From an uncultured Candidatus Cloacimonas sp. (lineage in GTDB: Bacteria; Cloacimonadota; Cloacimonadia; Cloacimonadales; Cloacimonadaceae), in NCBI GenBank assembly GCA_964572925.1, contig CAZNGW010000001.1:11250-75249 (forward strand): 64,000 nt of DNA. Reading direction: 5' to 3'. The position numbers were made by a program, and so were the translations under genes. Positions 8,933 to 16,255 of this stretch are shown piece after piece. The notes below the pieces were generated by a model. The model had not been told where the DNA came from. It searched no databases and was given only the letters and a program-made list of their open reading frames with translations. The stretch's first letter is position 1. The number at the start of each line of letters is the position of its first letter.

Positions 8933-10816
8933 TTACAGAGATAGTTTCAGGCTGAGATAAAAATCCCTGCCAGGCTCTGGATAGCCATACTCACCTTGGT
9001 AGTCTGCATCGAGGATATTCTCCAGACCCATTTCAAATCCGAGCGACCGATATGGAATTTGCAGGCTTACATCGTGTTTCCAGTAGGAATCGAGACTGTG
9101 ATACAAACCATTGTCATCCTGGGAGAGTCTCTGGTGACGGTAGGCAGAGTTCAGATTGATAACTGCCTTCAAGGGAAGTTTCAGGCTCTGGCTGAGATCA
9201 ATGGTATGGGGTGGGGTTTCGGTAAGCCGGTAATCACTTTGCTTCAGATAATCCATCCAACAATAGCCAAGGGCAACCTGATAGGCTTTTGCCGGAGTAA
9301 TCACCAATTCAGTTTCAAGGCCGAAGGAATCAACTTTGTATACGTTGGCGTAGTGTCCAGCAAAAAGGTCAATCAGATTACGGGTGCGATTATAGAATAC
9401 ACTTGATGAAATGCTTGCAGTTTTACCAAACAGTGGCTGAAAGTGGCTTATTTCTGCTTTCAAAGCATTTTGCGGTTTTAGTTCAGGATTGCCCTTACTT
9501 GCCGAGAACAGCTGTCTCATAGTAGGTTGAGCACTGGCCAGGCCCAAAGCGAACTTGCTGGTTACACCGGATTTTCCAAGATATTCCAAGCCGCAAGCTG
9601 GTTCCGGCAGCAAATGCGTTTTACCGGTTTCACTATTGGTGCTAAAAACAGTGCCCAAAGCAGCATTAAACTTCAACCCGTCAAGCAGGGGAAGAGCATA
9701 CTGGGCAAAGGCAGAATGTATCGACACCCTGTTATCTGTCCATTCCAGATAGTAATCATTATCCTTACGGGTAGTGAGTAGCAGTTCACCCCGATAACCC
9801 AAATCAAGGGTTTGGCCTTCCCCAAACTGCATTTTCAGCTTGGGAACGAAGCTATAACTATCGGTGCGCATACTGGAATCGAGACTAAGAACTTCACTCC
9901 CATTCAGATAGTTAAATTCCAGCAAGCGATCCTCTGCGCGGTCTTGTGCCAGAAGAATCGTGAACAGCATGCGTTCACTAAACTGGAATTTTCCGCTGAG
10001 GCCAGCACTTTCTCTCAGCCAATTGTCGTAGCGTCGTCTCTTGCGTTCATAAATGGAGGAGGGAAGATTCTTGTCGTCCATCCTGCTGAGATTGAAATCA
10101 AATGCCAGTTCGTGAAAGTCCAGTAGATCATAACGGACTCCTCCATTCAAGTTGTATCTTGATCCATCGCTATTATCCCGAACCCCACCACTTTCAAAGG
10201 AAGTTGGTAGAAAATCACTGGAAAGCATAAAACCGTCAGTTTTTTGCCAAGCCCCTGAAAGACTGTAACTGAGATTATCGAAACTGTGCGAAGTGCTCAA
10301 CCGGTAGTCCTGGGCATTGTTCCTTCTGAAAACGGTCTCAAAGCTGAGCCAGTTGTCCCGGGAAGGACTATTGGTGATTATGTTAACCACTCCGCCCATG
10401 CTGTTTGAGCCAAATTGGGGAGATACCGGACCTTTGATGATCTGGATTTCCCTGATATCCAGCACTGATAGCTTGCTTAGATCAACATTTCCAAAATAAC
10501 CGTTATTGAGAGGTCTGCCATCAACCATTACCTTCACTTCGTTTTTGCGAAAACCACGGAGTCTCAGGTTGCTTTCGTCTTTACTGCCCAAAGTTGCGCT
10601 GATCCCGGGTAAGTTTTGCAGAGCATCCTTCAAGCTGGAGGCCTGGGAGGAAGGGCTTTCCACTCGCAAGAGCTGGCCAATCGCTTCAGAAGGGCTATTG
10701 ATAATAACCCTGACAGTTGGTAAAGTCCAGGTTTTCAGGCTGTCAGGACTTTGCCTGGCTGTCAGGCTAAATACCAGGAGACTGCAAAACAGAGCCGGGA
10801 TCAGCTTTCGGAACAT
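8933..10816 (-). CDS. TonB-dependent outer-membrane receptor
   Basis: Signal peptide, TonB-box-like TLPTVRV, plug motifs LRLRGF...VMVDGRP and IQIIKGPVSPQFGSNSMGGVVNIIT, C-terminal ENILD...PGRDFYLSL beta-strand. Confidence 0.93.
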   Translation of the reverse strand: MFRKLIPALFCSLLVFSLTARQSPDSLKTWTLPTVRVIINSPSEAIGQLLRVESPSSQASSLKDALQNLPGISATLGSKDESNLRLRGFRKNEVKVMVDGRPLNNGYFGNVDLSKLSVLDIREIQIIKGPVSPQFGSNSMGGVVNIITNSPSRDNWLSFETVFRRNNAQDYRLSTSHSFDNLSYSLSGAWQKTDGFMLSSDFLPTSFESGGVRDNSDGSRYNLNGGVRYDLLDFHELAFDFNLSRMDDKNLPSSIYERKRRRYDNWLRESAGLSGKFQFSERMLFTILLAQDRAEDRLLEFNYLNGSEVLSLDSSMRTDSYSFVPKLKMQFGEGQTLDLGYRGELLLTTRKDNDYYLEWTDNRVSIHSAFAQYALPLLDGLKFNAALGTVFSTNSETGKTHLLPEPACGLEYLGKSGVTSKFALGLASAQPTMRQLFSASKGNPELKPQNALKAEISHFQPLFGKTASISSSVFYNRTRNLIDLFAGHYANVYKVDSFGLETELVITPAKAYQVALGYCWMDYLKQSDYRLTETPPHTIDLSQSLKLPLKAVINLNSAYRHQRLSQDDNGLYHSLDSYWKHDVSLQIPYRSLGFEMGLENILDADYQGEYGYPEPGRDFYLSLKLSL

Positions 10817-10820
10817 TTGA

Positions 10821-11630
10821 TCAATAATCGGTAAGAACCGTTGACTGATATCCCGTCATACTTTCCGGAATGGTCACATTGAGGCTGGAAAGCGTATTGG
10901 GAGCCAGCGGGAAGTTAAAAACCTGGGCATCACCACCCAGTACAATCATTCTGGCAAGTTTTTTGAACTTCTTGTGCGAACCATCCATACTATCGTTAAA
11001 AGCGGGGAAGGTAGTTTTTTCTGAATTTAGGAGATAATAACCATCGTTGATCTGATCAAGGGTATAGTCCATCGTATAACCATCAACGGCGATCAAACGA
11101 ATCGTATCGGCGGTAGAAATGCCCTGCATCAGGTCGCTGAGCTTGATTGCGTCTTCCATCGTGCTTGACCAGTTTTCCACCGAGTGGATGGTAAGTCCTT
11201 TAAGTTCCACGGTTTTTTCGCTTCTACCGCTTTGCACTTCCACTTTTCGATACAGACGCACTGTGCCGGTGTTTTTCACCTTGAAAGCGCTGGGCAGGCT
11301 GAGAGAAGCCGGGAACCAGGTTTTACGGTTGTCAGAAGGAACCAGGAAGCCTTCTTTGAAAAGCTCCCAGTTCAGATCATAACCTGCATTAACGGATAAA
11401 CGAGGGCTCCAGGCATCGCTATCGGCAGTCACTATTTCGTAGGCAAAAAGGCCTCGAAAATCGGTAGTATCGGCTGCGGTGGGATCTACTATGTCCCGTA
11501 CAGCGGTTTTGAGGATAAATTGATCAAGTTTGTAACCATAAATATTGGTGTCGGTGGGGTTGTCTTTTTCACTGCATGCGGTGATCAGCAGTAAGACAAG
11601 CATGGTCAATAAAAGCAGGGTTCTTTTCAT
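10821..11630 (-). CDS. Lipoprotein with internal duplication resembling a Cys-less molybdopterin-oxidoreductase (sulfite oxidase/MsrP) catalytic fold
   Basis: Start at 11630 with GGAGG SD; lipobox LITAC; IKLSDLM...IRLIAVDGY...KKFKKLARMIV pattern and a related first repeat. Fold call is by eye. Confidence 0.6.
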   Translation of the reverse strand: MKRTLLLLTMLVLLLITACSEKDNPTDTNIYGYKLDQFILKTAVRDIVDPTAADTTDFRGLFAYEIVTADSDAWSPRLSVNAGYDLNWELFKEGFLVPSDNRKTWFPASLSLPSAFKVKNTGTVRLYRKVEVQSGRSEKTVELKGLTIHSVENWSSTMEDAIKLSDLMQGISTADTIRLIAVDGYTMDYTLDQINDGYYLLNSEKTTFPAFNDSMDGSHKKFKKLARMIVLGGDAQVFNFPLAPNTLSSLNVTIPESMTGYQSTVLTDY

Positions 11631-11638
11631 TCTTTTTT

Positions 11639-11658
11639 CCTCCATGAAAAGCAGGAGG
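11639..11658 (-). promoter_or_regulatory. SD-sequestering hairpin (riboswitch expression platform)
   Basis: Transcript CCUCC-UGCUUUUCAU-GGAGG: anti-SD at 11654-11658 can pair with the SD at 11639-11643. Confidence 0.6.
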
Positions 11659-11685
11659 CATGCAGGCGGTTTAGTCATTATTTCC

Positions 11686-11787
11686 TGCAGCCTTTCCAAA
11701 ATGGGAGGCTTGACTGTTTCCGGTCAAACCCTATCGGTGCAGTTCCCTGCCGGAAATCCAGTTTAGGATGCTACACTCGGCTATGCA
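11686..11787 (-). ncRNA. Moco/Tuco RNA motif (molybdenum/tungsten cofactor riboswitch candidate)
   Basis: Transcript has P1 UGCAUAGCC/GGCUGCA, CCGAG, P2 GUGUAG/CUGCAC containing CCUAA, hairpin UUGAC-CGGAAACA-GUCAA and GCCUCCC-AUUUU-GGAAAGG, like the E. coli moaA leader end GCCUCCCGUAUCUGGAAAGG (recalled). Confidence 0.8.
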
Positions 11788-11789
11788 GA

Positions 11790-11817
11790 CAGATTTAAAA
11801 AATAGCCTTTTTGTCAA
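11790..11817 (-). promoter_or_regulatory. Putative sigma70 promoter for the riboswitch-lipoprotein-TBDR transcript
   Basis: Perfect TTGACA at 11817-11812 on the minus strand, with an AT-rich -10 region just upstream of the RNA motif; exact -10 is unclear. Confidence 0.45.
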
Positions 11818-11876
11818 GTTTGATCTTTGTTTCGCTTTGCTTGTTCCACTCTCCCCACCGCTATCTAATCCGTGTG

Positions 11877-11922
11877 CCACCCTCTATCCACCCTTATTAT
11901 AATGAGGGTGGATAGAGCGTGG
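11877..11922. repeat. Intergenic palindromic element, copy 2
   Basis: Perfect 13-bp IR ctctatccaccct (11882-11894) / agggtggatagag (11905-11917), extended by ccac/gtgg; loop tattataatg. Confidence 0.8.
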
Positions 11923-12063
11923 GTAGCGCGTGGAATGAGCGGAGTAAGGAAGGGTTCAAAAGGGGTGTTGAACTGGTTTGATGCAATGGATGGGGCGGAG
12001 AAGTTCGTTGACAGAAACAATGGCTGAAGTTCGTTGGCAATTAGCATAAATAATGGAGAAGCC

Positions 12064-12951
12064 ATGTATAGATATCTTTTTTTAGCCTTTCTGATCGCAG
12101 TTTCGTCAAGCCTGGCAGCCTTGGAGCTCATTTTTCCCGGAGGTGAAAGGCTTGGTTTCACCCCGGACAAACTGCGCAATGAAACTTTGCAAAGCTTTCA
12201 AACTAAGCGGGATAAGGACGGAGCCATGCTCACTGAAAAATGGAGTGGCATCCCACTTTTACCCTGGCTGGAACGGATATATCAAGGATCATGGCAGAGC
12301 TTGAGAGTGCAAAGCCGGGACAATTACATTGTCCATCTTTCCCGCCTGGAGCTTGGTTCTGAAAACTGCTTTCTGGCGCTCAAAAATGGTGATCTGGAGC
12401 TATCAGAATATGACATCAGGGTCATTCACACAGCTAAGCGGGAAAGTGCCTGGGTAAGGAACCTCGCTTCGATCACCCTGGAGGATTTTCAACCCTTACC
12501 CCAGCCCCGGCAATTGCTGCTCTGGGAGAACTGGACTAAAGATAACAAGGCTTTGTTTAACACGGGATCCCTCAGATTGGATGAATTTATGTTGAAGGCT
12601 TTCGGCTTAACAGAAGGTGAACTGCTGCTTTTGGATAGCAAAATGAATCGAATTCGTCTGGAGGTTTCCGGAGAAATGGCCAATGGAACCCTTGAACTTA
12701 ATGGTGAAGGATTTCCCAAACTGGGAGGAAAGGCAGAACAATTGGGGCTCTCGGATTTGGTTTATCTCCAGGCAGGCCACTGCGCTCTGATCAGTAAAAC
12801 CGGCTTGGCTAACCTGACAAAGATTGGCCAGGAATTACGTTGGAATTGGGACGGGAAATACCTTAATAAGGTTAAAACACATAGGCAAAAGATTGAGACT
12901 AATGAATTGCCGTTTTCGCTACCGCAAGGAACCTGGTTGGAACTAAACTGA
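12064..12951 (+). CDS. Exported protein with an N-terminal Cys-less molybdopterin-oxidoreductase-like domain
   Basis: ATG 12064 with GGAG SD; signal peptide; WSGIPLLPWLE...VQSRDNY...LALKNGD...IRVI...WVRNLASITL parallels W.GV.L..ll...DgY...LA...nG...lRlv...vKwl..I. Confidence 0.65.
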   Translation: MYRYLFLAFLIAVSSSLAALELIFPGGERLGFTPDKLRNETLQSFQTKRDKDGAMLTEKWSGIPLLPWLERIYQGSWQSLRVQSRDNYIVHLSRLELGSENCFLALKNGDLELSEYDIRVIHTAKRESAWVRNLASITLEDFQPLPQPRQLLLWENWTKDNKALFNTGSLRLDEFMLKAFGLTEGELLLLDSKMNRIRLEVSGEMANGTLELNGEGFPKLGGKAEQLGLSDLVYLQAGHCALISKTGLANLTKIGQELRWNWDGKYLNKVKTHRQKIETNELPFSLPQGTWLELN

Positions 12952-14319
12952 TCAATACATTATGTGCTGCTCTACCAGCATAAACAGCAACTGATCGCAG
13001 ATCTCAGCCACGGCATTAAGTTCGCTCATCTGCAGTGCTAAGGCAGAATCTGCCCCAGTGCTTTTAAGGTTGGTAAGATTGGTGTTATAGATGCTTTTAA
13101 AACCTTTGGACTGCAATAATTCAACGTAGGCATCAGCTGAGGCTGAAAAAAGCTTCAGACGAGAAACATATTCACCTTCCCGGCTCATGACCATTATGCG
13201 GAAAATGTAGTCGCTGCTTGCGCTGTCAGCCACCACTTCCAGATCAAGGTCTTGCAGTTTCTTTACCAACAAATCACTATATCCATTTCCTTTGCCGTTA
13301 TTGAAGCTATAGTCCAGATAAGCCTTGGGTCTGGATACCGATAACTGAAGGCTGACCGGAGAAAATTGTAAAATATTCAACATTCTTTTAACCAAAGGAT
13401 TTTCTACCCGGGACAACCAATAATCCTTATCAGGAGTCATTTCGATGAATTGGGGATTGCTGAAGTCCGTAATCCTGCGAATGATCAGTTCAGCCTGGCC
13501 GGTGTTGTCGGATAAAGCCTGCCTGACAATGTCACCCTTACCGTTTCGGAAGGAGAACACAATCGGAAAAGACCTTGCAGAATAGGTTTGATTGTCTTTG
13601 ACATAGGCTGTTTGAACACCAATAATTTGCTTTTCCCGCTGCTTTGCAACCACCTTGATCTGGTTCTGGCTGTAACTCAGGCTGATCATCTCGGGTAAGC
13701 GATTGAAACGGAATAGCAATTCATTGTAGATATTTACTGATTTACCTGAATAAGAAGTCCTCAGGTCAAGGTCGGCAAAATCCACAATTAGTTCCATAGC
13801 CTTCAACAGGGATGTGATCCCAGGCGCAATGTCAGTGGTGGCCTGGTCGAACTCCTGCAAAAAGACTTTTGCCTGTTCAATAGCCAGATCACGCTGTTTG
13901 AACCGCCATGTCATATACTCGCTTTTAGATAGCCGGTAATATGCCCAGTAATCGGTTTTATTCTGATAGCTGCCTGCCAATTGGATATTGGACAGTTTGC
14001 TTCGGCTCGAGCTGCGAATCTGATTTATGATCTCAGCGCTGGGGATACCGTTTGCCTCCATCTCTTTCAGGGATACCTCAGAATCAAGGGTTACGTTTAT
14101 TTGAGTGGATATCTCTTTCAAAGCATTGTCTCTGGCCAGATCAAGATAATCCGGTGCTTTGCGTGATATGCGCACCACTGCACTGTAATAGCCAGGGTCA
14201 AGGGGATTCTGATTGATCCACTGAGGTTCTTTTTTACCTATACTACAAGCGGAAATCCAGATTAAAACCAGGAAATATGGCAAAGAACGGACGGCTAATC
14301 TCAGACTGGGATGGCTCAA
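12952..14319 (-). CDS. LPP20-like lipoprotein
   Basis: Lipobox ISAC; PQWI...ARDNALKEISTQINVTLDS...YWAYYRLSK pattern typical of LPP20 domains. Confidence 0.6.
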   Translation of the reverse strand: MSHPSLRLAVRSLPYFLVLIWISACSIGKKEPQWINQNPLDPGYYSAVVRISRKAPDYLDLARDNALKEISTQINVTLDSEVSLKEMEANGIPSAEIINQIRSSSRSKLSNIQLAGSYQNKTDYWAYYRLSKSEYMTWRFKQRDLAIEQAKVFLQEFDQATTDIAPGITSLLKAMELIVDFADLDLRTSYSGKSVNIYNELLFRFNRLPEMISLSYSQNQIKVVAKQREKQIIGVQTAYVKDNQTYSARSFPIVFSFRNGKGDIVRQALSDNTGQAELIIRRITDFSNPQFIEMTPDKDYWLSRVENPLVKRMLNILQFSPVSLQLSVSRPKAYLDYSFNNGKGNGYSDLLVKKLQDLDLEVVADSASSDYIFRIMVMSREGEYVSRLKLFSASADAYVELLQSKGFKSIYNTNLTNLKSTGADSALALQMSELNAVAEICDQLLFMLVEQHIMY

Positions 14320-15584
14320 TTCAAATAGCTCCTGGCTATACTTACGATGGCAGAGGCCATTTCTCGCAGAGCTGTAGCAGCCATCTCACTTTCATTAGGA
14401 GGGAAAGGTTCCGCCTTGTTCATCAAGGTTTTCAGGCTTTGGTTCAGGGCTCGGTCATCTCCTGAAATCTTACGGCACCAGCTCTCAGACCAGGGATTTT
14501 TGGCCTCGATTGTCTCTTGCAACATGATTTTACCGGTTTCAACATCCAGAATACTAAACGAACCGGATACATTCACGCCGGCAGTTTTGGTGAACTTGCG
14601 ATATTGGCAGCTTACTTCACCCCAGACGTCTCGCTCTTTAAGGTTACCCATTTCATCTGTATATTTCTCTTTGCCGGTAACCACTTTGGCTTTAACTTCC
14701 TGGTTTACGCTTACGGTGCGTTCCTGAGCCTGGTTGATTTGCAGGATGCGCCCAGTGAGGATCTCATGTGCCCCGAGGATTTGCCCCAGTTTTACAGTGC
14801 TTGCTTCACTTACCAATCCTGAGGCGTTAAGCTGTTGTTCTGCGATCACGGCATCCATCTGGTTACGGGAAATAATCTCGATGAACTCGCTGCCTGCGGT
14901 TACATTGAGGATTTGGCTGATAATCTGGTCGGTTAGCAGTTCAGAGAGCGCCCCATAATGATTACGGGTTGCGCTTTTATCTTCAAAAGGCTGAACAGCG
15001 AGTCTTTTCACAGCCAGTTTGCGGCTTTGCTCGTATTTTAACGAGGCATCTTTGTAATCCGGGATCAGGCTCATGGCAGCCTTGAATTCCAAGGCAGCCT
15101 TCTTTTGTGTATCTAGATCGTTATTCATTCTGGCAAAGCGGATTCCGGACTGATAATGCGTTTCTGCGGCGTTTTCCTTGCTGCTGGAGATCTTTTCGCT
15201 AAAATCTGGGATATTCAGAACCACTCTATAACCAGAATTGGGGTTCACCAGAACCGGCAAAGATCTGATTTGCGAAGCCAGGTTATCCAGATTTTTATAT
15301 TCCCGGTAGATAGAGTCCCATTTACCGTTATCCTGGCTTTGCATATACTGGGCTACCCTCGCTTCGCCATTTTCCACAGTTCTATTCCAAGCCTGAACGA
15401 GCAGATCCTGAGCCTTCATGTTGTCGGGTCGAAGCCGAAGTGAATTTACACTCTCCAAAACTGCATTTTCATATAAGCCCTTCTGATAGTTCTTGGTTGC
15501 ACGGCGATACATTCTGCCGTATTGCGAGCAGGAAAACATTGCAAGCGATGCAATTAGCACTGAAGTCAGCAAGCTGGCTCTCAT
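14316..15584 (-). CDS. Lipoprotein with TPR-like N-terminus and CsgG/HfaB-like domain
   Basis: Start 15584 with AGAGGAG SD; lipobox MFSC; RLAVQPFEDK...IEIISRNQMDAVIAEQQL...KLGQILGAHEILTG. Confidence 0.65.
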   Translation of the reverse strand: MRASLLTSVLIASLAMFSCSQYGRMYRRATKNYQKGLYENAVLESVNSLRLRPDNMKAQDLLVQAWNRTVENGEARVAQYMQSQDNGKWDSIYREYKNLDNLASQIRSLPVLVNPNSGYRVVLNIPDFSEKISSSKENAAETHYQSGIRFARMNNDLDTQKKAALEFKAAMSLIPDYKDASLKYEQSRKLAVKRLAVQPFEDKSATRNHYGALSELLTDQIISQILNVTAGSEFIEIISRNQMDAVIAEQQLNASGLVSEASTVKLGQILGAHEILTGRILQINQAQERTVSVNQEVKAKVVTGKEKYTDEMGNLKERDVWGEVSCQYRKFTKTAGVNVSGSFSILDVETGKIMLQETIEAKNPWSESWCRKISGDDRALNQSLKTLMNKAEPFPPNESEMAATALREMASAIVSIARSYLN

Positions 15585-15715
15585 GTATGGACTCCTCTGA
15601 AAGGATAGATGTTTCATTTCTGAAAGACTATTCTGGATATCAGGCAGTTTGTGTCAAGCCCCACTTTCAGGATTAGAAATACTGCTATGGATGGATTAGC
15701 ACAAGGAGGCTCAAG

Positions 15716-16129
15716 TTACATCTTGCGGAATTGAACTTTGAAGCTATAGATTACTTTTTTACGGACAATGAAACGCCAGGTAAGGACTTCTTGTTTCACC
15801 TTATCTATAAAGTCCTGACTTAGATTACCTGTGTCCTGGTTTATTTCGGCCTGTTGGATTATACCTTCCTCGGTGATATACAGCTTGATGTTCAGTTCTC
15901 CCTGCATTGCCTGAACATTGGTTTGCTTTTTATAGAGGTTTTGAAGCTGCACCTGCCGCAGATTCACCACGTTTCTGACATGTTCCACATTACTGTCTTC
16001 GGCAGCTTGTCCAGCTTCCAATTGAGTGGTGGCGCCTGGTTGATAGCTTGGCCTGGGTTGAGTGGCACAAGAAGTTAGAAATAAAAGGACGAATGAGGAA
16101 ATGGCAGTTATGCGCATTGCTATAGACAT
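15716..16129 (-). CDS. Small lipoprotein with TonB-C/AgmX-PglI-like C-terminal domain
   Basis: Lipobox LTSC; LQNLYKK...GELNIKLYITEEGIIQQAEI...TWRF. Confidence 0.5.
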   Translation of the reverse strand: MSIAMRITAISSFVLLFLTSCATQPRPSYQPGATTQLEAGQAAEDSNVEHVRNVVNLRQVQLQNLYKKQTNVQAMQGELNIKLYITEEGIIQQAEINQDTGNLSQDFIDKVKQEVLTWRFIVRKKVIYSFKVQFRKM

Positions 16130-16255
16130 ATATAAAGCTCCCTGAGTATATTTTATACATAATTTAATGCTATCAGTCCAAGAACCAAATTGTTCTTGAC
16201 GAAAGGACTTGCCTTAAAAACTGGCACTAATATCATGACCAAACGAGAAATTACA

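Noticed and set aside
11686-11787. Cobalamin riboswitch with a BtuB receptor
   Set aside because: A TBDR of this size suggests BtuB, and GGGAA occurs in the leader. However, the cobalamin B12-box and GCCACUG/AGYCAG elements were not found, while the Moco signatures are present.
11865-12179. Small ORFs over palindromic elements (also 59445-59633, 35307-35513)
   Set aside because: They coincide with the repeat family, have biased low-complexity translations and lack an SD; probably spurious.
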